From NCBI GenBank assembly GCA_964464465.1, contig CAYXGF010000002.1, positions 1,000 through 64,999 of the forward strand: a DNA stretch of 64,000 bases. The letters run 5' to 3'. Position 1 is the first letter of the stretch. Each line of letters opens with the position of its first letter. The stretch comes from an uncultured Alistipes sp. (GTDB lineage Bacteria; Bacteroidota; Bacteroidia; Bacteroidales; Rikenellaceae). The notes beneath the pieces are model-generated. The model ran no database searches and was not told the DNA's origin. It was given only the letters and a program-made list of their open reading frames with translations. Both the position numbers and the translations under genes were made by a program. Below, one piece after another: positions 8,483 to 18,124 of the stretch.

Positions 8483-10045
8483 ATGAAAAACGGATTTCTG
8501 CTCTGCATACTCAGTGCCGTGCTCATGTCTCTGGCATGGATAGGCTGCGGAGCGCTGTGGCTTGCGGTCGGAATGGTTCCGATGATAGCGCTCAGCGCCT
8601 CGACGGACGGCAGTGCCCGGTCACTGGGGCGGATGGCGCTCTTTACCGCGCTGTGGATTGCCGTCTGGTATGCCATAGACGTGTGGTGGGTGTGGTATGC
8701 TACGCCGGCCGGACCGGTTGCCGCGGCCATTGTGGCGTATATGTATCTCGGGTGTGCGTTCATGATATTTCATTTCGTGTCCAAGCGCGCTCCGAAGCCG
8801 CTGGCGTATACGGTGCTGGTATGCGCGTGGATTGCAGCGGAGTATTTCTACAACATATGGCAATTATCGTTCCCGTGGCTGTGTATCGGCAACGGATTCG
8901 CACGCGAGCCGTGGCTCGTGCAGTGGTATGAATATACGGGCGTATACGGCGGAACGCTGTGGATGCTGCTGTGCAATATTGCTGTGTACGAATGTATAGT
9001 GGCGGCACGTCCGCGCCGCTTTGTCCCTCCGGTGTTGCTTGTGGCGCTGCCGGCGGCAGTGTCGGCTGTCATGTATTTCACATACGAGCCGGACGGGCGG
9101 ACCGTCTCGGTGAGCGTTGTGCAGCCCAATATAGATGCGTGGAACGAGAAGTTCGACACGCCGCAGAGCGAGCAGACGCAGAACCTGCTCTCGCTCGCTT
9201 CGCAGGCCCCGTCCGGAGTGCAGTTCATAGTGATGCCGGAGACGGCTCTGGATGAGAATATTACGGAGGACGATGTGAATGCCTCGGCTTCGGTGCGCCT
9301 GTTCCGCCGTCTTCTGGCACGCAAGTATCCGGGTGCGGCGATAATCACGGGTGCCACCACGTTCCGTTACTACGATGCGCCAGCCACCCGTACCGCCAGG
9401 CGGTACCGCGGCGGGGATGGCTGGTACGACATTTTCAATACGGCGATATGTATAGACACGTCGAGGAATACGGTGCTGCATCACAAAAACAAGCTTGTCA
9501 TCGGCGCCGAGATGATGCCGGACTGGTGGTGGGTGAGAAATCTCGACCGGTTCATCATCGACCTGGGCGGTACGACGGGGCATTTCGGGACCGATTCGTT
9601 CCGCCGCACGTTCCGTAACGGCGATGTCGTGACGGCCGCGATGATTTGCTACGAGTCGATATACGGGGCTTACGTGGCGCAGTATGTGCGCGGCGGAGCG
9701 CAGTTCCTGTGTATAATAACGAACGACGGATGGTGGGGCGATACGCCGGGTTACAGACAGCATTTCTCGTATGCCCGTCTGCGTGCCATCGAGAACCGGC
9801 GAAGCATAGCCCGCAGCGCCAATACCGGCATTTCTGGATTCATCACTCCGCGCGGCGATGTCATCGAGTCCCTGGGCTGGGACCGGCGCGGCGAGTTGCA
9901 TGCCGACATTCCGCTCGGCGATAGTCTGACGTTCTATACGCGGCACGGCGACTACATATGTTCGCTGGCGATATATACGCTGGGGCTGTGCCTGCTGTAT
10001 TTCATGGCCTATCGTGTCCGCCGGCGCAATCATTTGGCAGATTGA
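8483..10045 (+). CDS. lnt: apolipoprotein N-acyltransferase
   Basis: A polytopic N-terminal half is followed by a CN-hydrolase domain (VVQPNI...PE...ICYES). Confidence 0.85.
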   Translation: MKNGFLLCILSAVLMSLAWIGCGALWLAVGMVPMIALSASTDGSARSLGRMALFTALWIAVWYAIDVWWVWYATPAGPVAAAIVAYMYLGCAFMIFHFVSKRAPKPLAYTVLVCAWIAAEYFYNIWQLSFPWLCIGNGFAREPWLVQWYEYTGVYGGTLWMLLCNIAVYECIVAARPRRFVPPVLLVALPAAVSAVMYFTYEPDGRTVSVSVVQPNIDAWNEKFDTPQSEQTQNLLSLASQAPSGVQFIVMPETALDENITEDDVNASASVRLFRRLLARKYPGAAIITGATTFRYYDAPATRTARRYRGGDGWYDIFNTAICIDTSRNTVLHHKNKLVIGAEMMPDWWWVRNLDRFIIDLGGTTGHFGTDSFRRTFRNGDVVTAAMICYESIYGAYVAQYVRGGAQFLCIITNDGWWGDTPGYRQHFSYARLRAIENRRSIARSANTGISGFITPRGDVIESLGWDRRGELHADIPLGDSLTFYTRHGDYICSLAIYTLGLCLLYFMAYRVRRRNHLAD

Positions 10046-10050
10046 TATTG

Positions 10051-11346
10051 ATGAAGATGGATTACAAGCAGACTCTCGAATTCCTGTACGGCAGCATGCC
10101 GAGTTTCCAGGCTGTCGGCAGTGCCGGTTACAAGCCGGGCCTTGACAATATCCGCGGCTTCTGCCGTTATCTGGGCGACCCGCAGAATAATTTTCTGACT
10201 GTTCATGTGGCCGGAACCAACGGCAAGGGTTCCGTGTCGCACATGATTGCATCGGTTCTTATGGCGGCCGGGTACAGGACGGGCCTTTATACCTCGCCGC
10301 ATCTTCATGATTTCCGCGAACGTATACGCATCGACGGCCGGATGATAGACGAGCAGGATGTCGTCGGGTTCGTGGACCGGCACAGAGAGCGCATGGTCGG
10401 GGCCGGACTCTCTTTCTTCGAGATGACGACGGCGCTGGCCTTCGACTGTTTCTCGCGGGCCGGAGTCAGTGTGGCCGTTATAGAGACCGGACTCGGCGGC
10501 CGGCTCGACGCCACCAATATAATCATGCCTGTGCTGAGCGTTATAACCAACATCGGGCTGGACCATACGCAGTATCTGGGCGATACGATTGAGAAGATAG
10601 CTTCGGAGAAGGCCGGAATAATAAAGGACGGCGTGCCGGTGGTTGTCGGTCAGAGCGACAGCCGCAGCGACGCCGTGTTTGCAGAAAGGGCGCTGGGGGC
10701 GCATTCGCCGATAGTTTTTGCCGACCGGAACTATGCCGTGACCGACCGCACTTTGCGCGACGGCCTTTTCTCGTACGTCGTGCGGGAAATGTCGTCCGGA
10801 AAGGAGCGGGTTGCCCAGATAGATTTGGGAGGAGAGTATCAGCGCAAGAATATACTTACCGTGTTTGCGGCGCTCGATGTTCTGGTGGCGGGAGATGCCC
10901 TGTGTCTGCCGCAGGAGAAGATAGCGCAAGGGCTCCGCTGTGCAGCCGCCTCTACGGGACTGCGCGGCAGATGGCAGGTCTTGAAAGACGCTCCTCTGGT
11001 GGTGTGCGACACGGGACACAACGCACACGGTCTCCGAGAGGTGGTGGCGCAGATAAAAAGACAGAAGTACGACAGGCTTTTTATGGTTCTGGGGGTTGTT
11101 CGGGACAAAGACCTCGGAAGCGTGATTCCGCTTATGCCGCGCGATGCGGAGTATGTCTTCACGCAGGCGGCGATAGAAAGGGCCATGCCGGCCGAGGAGC
11201 TGCGCGATGCCTTTGCGGCGGCGGGAATACACGGATGTGCCGTCGTCGGAGTGCGTCAGGCGCTGGACTATGCCGAGAGCAGGGCCGCGGCCGGAGATAT
11301 GGTTTTCGTGGGCGGAAGCACATATACGGTTGCCGAGATTCTGTGA
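10051..11346 (+). CDS. folC: bifunctional folylpolyglutamate synthase / dihydrofolate synthase
   Basis: Start at MKMDYKQTLEFLY. The Mur-ligase P-loop HVAGTNGKGS is present. Confidence 0.9.
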   Translation: MKMDYKQTLEFLYGSMPSFQAVGSAGYKPGLDNIRGFCRYLGDPQNNFLTVHVAGTNGKGSVSHMIASVLMAAGYRTGLYTSPHLHDFRERIRIDGRMIDEQDVVGFVDRHRERMVGAGLSFFEMTTALAFDCFSRAGVSVAVIETGLGGRLDATNIIMPVLSVITNIGLDHTQYLGDTIEKIASEKAGIIKDGVPVVVGQSDSRSDAVFAERALGAHSPIVFADRNYAVTDRTLRDGLFSYVVREMSSGKERVAQIDLGGEYQRKNILTVFAALDVLVAGDALCLPQEKIAQGLRCAAASTGLRGRWQVLKDAPLVVCDTGHNAHGLREVVAQIKRQKYDRLFMVLGVVRDKDLGSVIPLMPRDAEYVFTQAAIERAMPAEELRDAFAAAGIHGCAVVGVRQALDYAESRAAAGDMVFVGGSTYTVAEIL

Positions 11347-11431
11347 CGGGGATGTTGTGCATGTACGTGAATTGTTGATAAGTAGGCAATAACTTGGCAT
11401 ACTAAATGTACCTTTAACACTGTTTATAAAG

Positions 11432-11439
11432 TAAATTTG
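11432..11439 (+). promoter_or_regulatory. Bacteroidetes -7 box (TAAATTTG)
   Basis: An exact match lies 27 nt upstream of the ATG at 11466. Confidence 0.45.
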
Positions 11440-11465
11440 TGTTTGAATCAAATCCGATATACTTT

Positions 11466-11786
11466 ATGGCAGAGATAAAAAAACTCGGAATAGATATAGA
11501 ACTGAGCGACGATATCGCTCAGGGGGAATATGCCAATCTGGCCATCATCTCGCATTCCAGTTCGGAGTTCGTTCTTGACTTCGCAGCACTGATGCCGGGT
11601 GTCCCGAAAGCAAAAATCAAAAGCAGGATAGTGCTTGCGCCGGAACATGCCAAACGTCTGCTGCTGTCGTTGCAGGAGAATGTGACACGTTACGAGAGCG
11701 CAATGGGTCGTATAGAGATTCCTGTGCCGCCTGCTTCGGACGACTCCGGACAGGTGACAATGGGCTTCAACCTCGGCGAGGCGTAA
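11466..11786 (+). CDS. DUF3467-like small protein
   Basis: MAEIKKLGIDIELSDDIAQGEYANLAIISHSSSEFVLDF matches my recollection of the DUF3467 core (YANL..I.HS..EF.LDF). Confidence 0.65.
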   Translation: MAEIKKLGIDIELSDDIAQGEYANLAIISHSSSEFVLDFAALMPGVPKAKIKSRIVLAPEHAKRLLLSLQENVTRYESAMGRIEIPVPPASDDSGQVTMGFNLGEA

Positions 11787-11917
11787 TGTACGCCGGGCTG
11801 TCGGCATGAAGCGTTGTGTCGGCGGGAGAGTTCCTGCTGTCAGGTCTGCGTTTCCGACTGCTATTTATGTAATGACATCTGATATGGCCGGTGCATGATT
11901 GATACCGGCATTGTAAT

Positions 11918-11960
11918 CGGCTGCAAGACAAGTTAAGAATCTTGCAGCCGCTTTTTTGTT
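11918..11960 (+). terminator. rho-independent terminator
   Basis: A perfect 10-bp stem CGGCTGCAAG / CTTGCAGCCG is followed by CTTTTTTGTT. Confidence 0.75.
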
Positions 11961-11970
11961 AAGGCGACTG

Positions 11971-12088
11971 GTTTGTAATGCGGTAAGTAGCCTGCGAATG
12001 TTATGAACGAATGAAATGAGCGGGCCAGCGCGTGGCGAGGCTCCGGCCCGCGCACGCCGCAAGAGCGCATAACTGTAAATTGTATATT
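11971..12088 (-). repeat. copy A of a repeated intergenic element (5' ~115 nt only)
   Basis: The reverse complement aligns with 29381-29498. Identical blocks are ATATACAATTT, ACAGTTATGCGCT, GCGCGGGCCGGAGCCT, GCCCGCTCATTTCATTCG, TTCGCAGGCT and CCGCATTA. Roughly three quarters of positions are identical by eye. Confidence 0.7.
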
Positions 12089-12230
12089 AATAGCCTTACA
12101 CTGTTGCATTCCGTTTTTTTACGGTCCGGTTACAGTTTATTGCCCTATGCGGTGCAGCCTGCGAAAGAAATCCAAGTTTATATCTATTATAATTGTAGTG
12201 CTAAATAGTATATGTTTGCCATTATTTTCA

Positions 12231-12238
12231 TAACTTTG
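12231..12238 (+). promoter_or_regulatory. Bacteroidetes -7 box (TAACTTTG)
   Basis: An exact match lies 23 nt upstream of the ATG at 12261. Confidence 0.45.
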
Positions 12239-12260
12239 TGATAATAATATATGTAACCAT

Positions 12261-12932
12261 ATGAAGAATAATCTGGAAAACGAAGACAGGGGCGGGCTGA
12301 GAGGCTGCCTCATCGGAATATTGTTCATTGCCGTTGTAGTGATGATTATCATTGCCGTACTTTGGCGTACAGGACTTGTCCGTCTTGAAAGTGTGCCGGA
12401 GGTTGTGGAACAGGATGATTCGGTTGAAGAGGTTGACATAATATCTTCGACTGAATTCAAGGTGACTGAAAACGAGTGGAGAGCGTTGCAAAAGGAGGTT
12501 AAACAGTTGCGCAGCGAGGTAGACCGATTGAAACAGGGCGGGACGAAGACGACAGCAGTGCAAAGGACCGTTTCTGCCGGACAAACCGCATCAGTGCCTG
12601 CGGCATCTGTCGGGGCGGATGATATTACGCTCGCCAATTATTCCCATAACTGGATTAATTCAGATGCTGCTGCCGCTTTCAGGAACAATACCGACCGTAC
12701 CATTTCAAGTGTGACAGGTCGCATGGTCTATTATGATATGAGCGGCAATATGCTCGACTATCAGGATTTTACAAGGTCAGTTACTATCGAGCCCGGAATG
12801 GTAAAAAGCGTTGATTTGAAAGGGTATGGGCACAATGACTATTACGCTTATTACAAAAGTGAGGCGATTCCGACAAATCCCGACCGGAAATACAAGGTGA
12901 AATTCGAGCTGAAATCATACAAAGTAAGATGA
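12261..12932 (+). CDS. hypothetical membrane-anchored protein (TM, short coiled coil, C-terminal ~110-aa domain)
   Basis: A 223-aa ORF with the TM helix [19 protein letters not shown], protein-like composition and its own promoter box. I recognise no family. Confidence 0.6.
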   Translation: MKNNLENEDRGGLRGCLIGILFIAVVVMIIIAVLWRTGLVRLESVPEVVEQDDSVEEVDIISSTEFKVTENEWRALQKEVKQLRSEVDRLKQGGTKTTAVQRTVSAGQTASVPAASVGADDITLANYSHNWINSDAAAAFRNNTDRTISSVTGRMVYYDMSGNMLDYQDFTRSVTIEPGMVKSVDLKGYGHNDYYAYYKSEAIPTNPDRKYKVKFELKSYKVR

Positions 12933-12985
12933 CAGGCACTTTTTTACAAACAACACGCGTGGTTTTCGACCCGCTCGTAAAGTAA

Positions 12986-13186
12986 GTGCTGATTATTCTG
13001 GCGATTGCACTCGTATTGGGATTGGCGTATCTGTTGCGCGTACACATCGCATATCGGATGGCGAAGAACAGACGTCGGGACCCCTTGGGATGGGTGCTTC
13101 CGTCTCTCTTTTTCTCGCCGTTGCTTACCTGGATAATCCTGCTTATTGCCGGAGATGACAAATCCTTCCGTATGCATACGGATTAA
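12986..13186 (+). CDS. possible small two-TM membrane protein
   Basis: A 66-aa ORF with a GTG start and two hydrophobic helices separated by RMAKNRRRDPLGW. I see no clear promoter. It is short, so this is tentative. Confidence 0.35.
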   Translation: MLIILAIALVLGLAYLLRVHIAYRMAKNRRRDPLGWVLPSLFFSPLLTWIILLIAGDDKSFRMHTD

Positions 13187-13243
13187 TGCGCTTTTAGAAT
13201 AACCGTTTCAATGCCGCTCGCCCGTTTTATGCGTTGACTGCGC

Positions 13244-13717
13244 TTATTCGTGGTGGTATGGCTCGTTGTTGAGGATGGTGAATGCGCGGTAGAGTTGTTC
13301 GGTGAATATGGCACGGACAATCTGGTGCGAGAAGGTCATGCGGGACAGCGACAGCTTGGCGTTGGCTCTGTCGTATATCTGCGGTGAGAATCCGTATGGT
13401 CCGCCGATGATGAAGCAGATTTTGCGCGGCGACACATTCATGCGTTTCTGCAACCATGCGGCGAAACCGGTCGATGTGTACTGTTCGCCCTTGTCGTCGA
13501 GCAGCACCACGAAATCCTCGGGCGAGAGTTGTCTCGATATAGCCTCGCCTTCGCGCCGCATCTGGGCGACGGGAGCGGGACGCGACCCCTGTCTGACATC
13601 CGGCACTATGGTTACGGCGAACTTAACGTAGCGGTTTATGCGCCGCATGTACATGTCGAGCAGAGCCTCCACATGTTCCGAGTCCGTCTTGCCTACCGCT
13701 ATGAGTTCTATGTTCAT
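13244..13717 (-). CDS. rlmH: 23S rRNA (pseudouridine1915-N3)-methyltransferase
   Basis: Start at [11 protein letters not shown], with GGPYGF and a SPOUT-type C-terminus. The start overlaps the stop of the upstream gene (ATGA). Confidence 0.9.
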   Translation of the reverse strand: MNIELIAVGKTDSEHVEALLDMYMRRINRYVKFAVTIVPDVRQGSRPAPVAQMRREGEAISRQLSPEDFVVLLDDKGEQYTSTGFAAWLQKRMNVSPRKICFIIGGPYGFSPQIYDRANAKLSLSRMTFSHQIVRAIFTEQLYRAFTILNNEPYHHE

Positions 13718-15066
13718 CGTCTGCGCGGAGCTATCTTCATGGCCTGTTCTAAGCTGAGCGCATCCACAGGGGCGATGTCGCTGTTCCACTCACCGTCCGC
13801 GCCGCAGTATGTCACCGGACGCACGGAGTCTGCGCTCTTCATCTGCATGTACGCTTTGTACATGTTGTATCCGTTGCCGGAATCGGACCCCAGCGACCAT
13901 CCTATCACGCATCTGTGATTGCGGTTGCGGGAGTACATGCTGCGGGTGCGGTCCAGAAACTCATTCAGATATTCCGGATTGTTGGCCGCCGAGCCGTCGG
14001 TGCCCCTGTCGCCGTTTTTTGCATCGGCATGTATCGCGGCGCAGTCTATGACATAGAACCCTTTTCTGTCGCACATCCGGTAGAACCACGACGGCTGCGG
14101 ATAGTCGACGCAGATGGTGTTTATGCCGCGCCGTTTGAAGGCGAGCATCTTCTGTTCGGCATCCGTCTGTGAAGGTGCGTTGTAGCGGACTGCCGACACC
14201 GCTGTCTTCTGTCCGTTCACTAACAGTCCCTGTTCCGAGAAGTCTATGTCGGCGAATCCGACCGTCAGCGGCAGGTACTCTATGACCTTGCCTCCGTATT
14301 TTATATACAGCATCACCTTGTACAGATTCGGTCTGTCGGCGCTCCACAACCATTTTCCTGCGCTCCAAACCGCCTCGGTGAAACGTACCGTGTCGGTGCT
14401 CAGTCGCGGCACCGATATTTCCGTTATGTTGTAGTTGCGCAGCTTGCCGTCAGGGGTGTATATGTCGTATCCCACATTGAACGTCTCCTCGGTGCGGAAT
14501 CCGTTTCTCACCGCTATTTCGAGCGACAGGACTCCGTCGCGGCCGGTAGTGTCGCGCACTGCCGCCACCGAATAGTCGTAAATCGAGATTATCGGTTGTG
14601 CCGAGACCCATAGTCTGTCGGCGGCTGTGGAGTACGCACTTTTGAGGTTGTGTTCCATAATCCGGCTCTCTGGCAGGTCGGCCATCTCCGCCACTATGCT
14701 GTTTGTTCCGAATCCCACGGCGTCTGTTATGTCTATCTCGGCGCCGCTGCGCGAGTCGCTGGCGGTGAAAGTCTCGCTGCCGTTCACGTATATGCGCATA
14801 GCGCCGGCGTTCGGTTCGATGTGCAGGATTATGCGTCTGTCGAGCCAGTTTTCAGGTACGGTCAGTATGCCGGAGTAGACTCCGTCGCCCGCCGCGCTCA
14901 GCAATACCGGAGCATACATCTGGGATGCGTGCCGGCGGTCTGCCTGTGCGTCGGTGCGTATGTCGTAGCTTACGAACGGCGTGCGGAACAGGCGCCTGCC
15001 CTGCTGCGCCTGTGCTGCGGTGCCCAGAAGAAGCAGTGTGGAGACAAATATGATTAATCGGTTCAT
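13714..15066 (-). CDS. secreted GH2-like protein, truncated and lacking canonical catalytic residues
   Basis: The signal peptide is [20 protein letters not shown]. The segment [17 protein letters not shown]...VRPVTYCGA aligns with LacZ NHPSVIIWSLGNESGHG...SRPVQYEGG. The ORF ends before the nucleophile region. Confidence 0.65.
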   Translation of the reverse strand: MNRLIIFVSTLLLLGTAAQAQQGRRLFRTPFVSYDIRTDAQADRRHASQMYAPVLLSAAGDGVYSGILTVPENWLDRRIILHIEPNAGAMRIYVNGSETFTASDSRSGAEIDITDAVGFGTNSIVAEMADLPESRIMEHNLKSAYSTAADRLWVSAQPIISIYDYSVAAVRDTTGRDGVLSLEIAVRNGFRTEETFNVGYDIYTPDGKLRNYNITEISVPRLSTDTVRFTEAVWSAGKWLWSADRPNLYKVMLYIKYGGKVIEYLPLTVGFADIDFSEQGLLVNGQKTAVSAVRYNAPSQTDAEQKMLAFKRRGINTICVDYPQPSWFYRMCDRKGFYVIDCAAIHADAKNGDRGTDGSAANNPEYLNEFLDRTRSMYSRNRNHRCVIGWSLGSDSGNGYNMYKAYMQMKSADSVRPVTYCGADGEWNSDIAPVDALSLEQAMKIAPRRR

Positions 15067-15126
15067 TCTCTTGTCGATTTTAGCTTTTTGTGTACGGCGT
15101 GAAGTCTTCGTCTTCGGCCGATGCTA

Positions 15127-15134
15127 CAAATATA
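15127..15134 (-). promoter_or_regulatory. Bacteroidetes -7 box (TATATTTG) for the GH2-like/rlmH unit
   Basis: The plus strand reads CAAATATA, about 60 nt upstream of the ATG at 15066. Confidence 0.4.
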
Positions 15135-15136
15135 TC

Positions 15137-15144
15137 TATTTTTG
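15137..15144 (+). promoter_or_regulatory. Bacteroidetes -7 box (TATTTTTG) for asnS
   Basis: An exact TAnnTTTG match lies 86 nt upstream of the ATG at 15230. Confidence 0.4.
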
Positions 15145-15229
15145 CGGTGAACGATATGTTTTTCGGAAAAATTTGCAGATATTTGTAACTCGAATTTTCA
15201 AGCAAACAAACCAAGAAGATATATATAGT

Positions 15230-16627
15230 ATGTTAAGCGGAGGAAGAACCAAGATAGCCGAACTGCTGAAAAGCACCGAGCGCAACATCGAAGTAACGGT
15301 CAAGGGATGGGTAAGGACCAAACGAGGTAACAAGAACGTGGCATTCATCGCCATGAATGACGGTTCGACCGTGAACAACATACAGATAGTGGCCGACGTG
15401 GCCTCTTTCGACGAGAATACTCTCAAAGCCGTCAGCACGGGAGCATGCCTGCGTGTGAAGGGCGTGCTGGTGGACAGCCTGGGAAGCGGACAGCCTGTCG
15501 AGGTTCAGGCCCGCGAGATAGAGATATACGGTACCGCGGATACGGAGACCTATCCGTTGCAGAAGAAGGGCCACTCGCTTGAATTCCTGCGCGAGATAGC
15601 CTATCTGCGCCCCCGCACCAATACGTTCGGCGCCGTACTGCGCATCAGGCACAATATGGCCTATGCCATACACAAATATTTCAACGACCGTGGATTCTAC
15701 TATCTGCATACTCCGCTGATTACGGGTTCCGACGCCGAGGGTGCCGGCGCGATGTTCCAGGTCACCACTCTCGACATGAACTCCGTGCCCAGAACCGAGG
15801 ACGGCAAGGTCGACTACACCCAGGACTTCTTCGGAAAACCGTGCAACCTTACCGTGTCGGGTCAGCTGGAAGGCGAGCTCGGAGCGCTCTCCCTTTCTCA
15901 GATATACACTTTCGGACCGACGTTCAGGGCCGAAAATTCCAATACGCCGCGACATTTGGCAGAGTTTTGGATGATTGAGCCGGAGGTTGCCTTTTTCGAA
16001 CTCGATGACGACATGGCTCTTGCCGAGGATTTTCTCAAATACCTTATCAGATATGCGCTGGACAACTGCGCCGACGACTTGCAGTTCCTTGCCAAGATGT
16101 ACGACGAACAGCTTATCGAGCGTCTGAGGTTCGTTGTGGACAACGATTTCGTCAGACTCGACTACACGGACGGAATCGAGATTTTGAAGAACAGCGGCCG
16201 CAAGTTCGAGTTCCCGGTCGACTGGGGATGCGATTTGCAGAGCGAACACGAACGCTATCTGGTCGAGGAGCATTTCAGGAAGCCGGTCATACTGATAAAC
16301 TATCCGAAAGAAATCAAGGCGTTCTACATGAAGCAGAACGAGGACGGACGGACCGTGCGCGCAATGGATGTGCTGTTCCCGAAAATCGGCGAAATCATCG
16401 GCGGTTCGGAGCGCGAGGCGTCGTATGAGAAACTTCACGCCAGAATCACCGAGCTGGGTATGAGCGAGAGGGAACTGTGGTGGTATCTCGACACGCGTCG
16501 CTGGGGCTCGGCGCCTCATAGCGGATTCGGCCTCGGCTTCGAGAGACTTCTGCTCTTCGTTACCGGCATGTCCAACATCCGTGACGTGATACCGTTCCCG
16601 CGCACACCGAAAAGTGCCGAATTTTAA
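15230..16627 (+). CDS. asnS: asparagine--tRNA ligase
   Basis: Start at [14 protein letters not shown]. It has an OB-fold N-terminus and class II motifs ([19 protein letters not shown]). Confidence 0.92.
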   Translation: MLSGGRTKIAELLKSTERNIEVTVKGWVRTKRGNKNVAFIAMNDGSTVNNIQIVADVASFDENTLKAVSTGACLRVKGVLVDSLGSGQPVEVQAREIEIYGTADTETYPLQKKGHSLEFLREIAYLRPRTNTFGAVLRIRHNMAYAIHKYFNDRGFYYLHTPLITGSDAEGAGAMFQVTTLDMNSVPRTEDGKVDYTQDFFGKPCNLTVSGQLEGELGALSLSQIYTFGPTFRAENSNTPRHLAEFWMIEPEVAFFELDDDMALAEDFLKYLIRYALDNCADDLQFLAKMYDEQLIERLRFVVDNDFVRLDYTDGIEILKNSGRKFEFPVDWGCDLQSEHERYLVEEHFRKPVILINYPKEIKAFYMKQNEDGRTVRAMDVLFPKIGEIIGGSEREASYEKLHARITELGMSERELWWYLDTRRWGSAPHSGFGLGFERLLLFVTGMSNIRDVIPFPRTPKSAEF

Positions 16628-16714
16628 AATAGTTTCGAAACGAACCCCAACGAATGAAGACCCTGTTTTTCATGTCAAACAAAAGAACACGAAATAATTA
16701 AAAAAGGGTCAACT

Positions 16715-18124
16715 ATGTCAAACATCAATCAACGTCAGGTTCAGAAGCTCTCGCAGAGTCTGTCTCCGCAGCAGATACAGATGATAAAATTGCTGGAACT
16801 GCACACCATGCAGTTCGAACAGCATGTCAAACAGGAGATCGAGGAGAATCCGGTTCTGGAAGAGGACGAGACGCAGGAGCCTGAACAGCAGAAGGATATT
16901 TCGGTGGACGACCTCAAAGAGGACGACGAGGTGCCGTATTACAAGGGGCACATATCCAACATATCGAAAGACGACAAGCGGCGGACGGTCCCGATTTCGG
17001 GCGGCCGCTCCCTGAGCGAGTATCTGATGGAGCAGCTCAGCTACAAGGACCTGACCGAGCGCGAGACGGTGCTTGCCGATTTTCTGGTAGGCAGTCTGGA
17101 CGAGGACGGCTATCTGAGGCGCGATTTGAACTCCATTGCCGACGACATAGCGTTTTCGCTTGGCGTGGAGACTTCGCCGCAGGAGCTTGAACGTGTTCTG
17201 GGTTTCGTGCATGAGCTCGAACCGACCGGTATCGGGGCGCGTAACTTGCAGGAGTGTCTTCTGTTGCAACTTGCCGCACTGGACATGAACAGCCGAAGCC
17301 GCCGGACGGCCAAACGCATACTGACGCAGTATTTCGAGGAGTTCACCAAGAAGCACTACGACAAGCTGCTCTCCAAGCTCGGCATCTCGGCCGACGAGTT
17401 CCGTTGCGCCATCGACGAGATACGCCGTCTGTCTCCCAAACCGGGCAATCTGTACAGCGAGGGGGACGGGGATGCCGTTCCGTATATAATTCCCGATTTC
17501 ATACTCGACTATCAGAACGGGGAGTTCGATCTGAGTCTGAATTCGTACAATGTCCCGGAAGTCAGGATAAACAAGGGTTATATAGATACGATTCGGGAGA
17601 TGGCCGGCAAGGACCCGACGGCGGGCCGTGAGGCCATGCAGTTCGTAAAGAGCAAGATAGATTCCGCCAAATGGTTCATATCGGCAATCAAGCAGCGGCA
17701 CGACACGCTGATGCACACCATGACCGAGATACTGAAATACCAGCAGGAGTATTTCCGCGACGGGGACAAAAGCAGGCTGCGGCCGATGATTCTCAAAGAT
17801 ATAGCCGACCGCACCGGACTGGATGTCTCGACAATCTCGCGTGTGGTGAACAGCAAGTACGTGCAGACGCATTTCGGTATAGTGCCGCTCAAAAAACTCT
17901 TCTCGGAAGCGATGCAGACCGAAGATGGAGGTGAGGTCTCGTCGTATGAGATTAAGAATCTGCTTTCCGAGTGTATTGACGGCGAGGACAAGACGCATCC
18001 GCTGACCGACGAGACGCTGATGGACATGCTGAATGAGAAGGGGTACCGCATAGCCCGGCGCACGGTTGCCAAGTATCGTGAGATGCTCGGAATCCCTGTG
18101 GCCAGACTCCGCAAACAGATTTGA
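16715..18124 (+). CDS. rpoN: RNA polymerase sigma-54 factor
   Basis: The N-terminal LSPQQIQMIKLL, an acidic linker and the C-terminal RpoN-box-like ARRTVAKYRE are present. Confidence 0.9.
   Translation: MSNINQRQVQKLSQSLSPQQIQMIKLLELHTMQFEQHVKQEIEENPVLEEDETQEPEQQKDISVDDLKEDDEVPYYKGHISNISKDDKRRTVPISGGRSLSEYLMEQLSYKDLTERETVLADFLVGSLDEDGYLRRDLNSIADDIAFSLGVETSPQELERVLGFVHELEPTGIGARNLQECLLLQLAALDMNSRSRRTAKRILTQYFEEFTKKHYDKLLSKLGISADEFRCAIDEIRRLSPKPGNLYSEGDGDAVPYIIPDFILDYQNGEFDLSLNSYNVPEVRINKGYIDTIREMAGKDPTAGREAMQFVKSKIDSAKWFISAIKQRHDTLMHTMTEILKYQQEYFRDGDKSRLRPMILKDIADRTGLDVSTISRVVNSKYVQTHFGIVPLKKLFSEAMQTEDGGEVSSYEIKNLLSECIDGEDKTHPLTDETLMDMLNEKGYRIARRTVAKYREMLGIPVARLRKQI

Noticed and set aside
11390-11410. 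TGGCA-containing words examined as sigma-54 (-24/-12) promoters because rpoN is in the window (11393 TTGGCATACTAAATGTA; also 2427 and 54949).
   Set aside because: None has a GC dinucleotide at the required 10-nt spacing from the GG.
11865-12062. Small ORFs inside the repeat copies (11865-12062 on the minus strand and 29340-29531 on the plus strand), which share ARAGA.PR..PLISF....RRLL.
   Set aside because: The protein-level similarity simply reflects the nucleotide repeat. Substitutions show no excess at synonymous positions. Starts are TTG/GTG-type without a promoter context, and the ORFs diverge completely outside the repeat.
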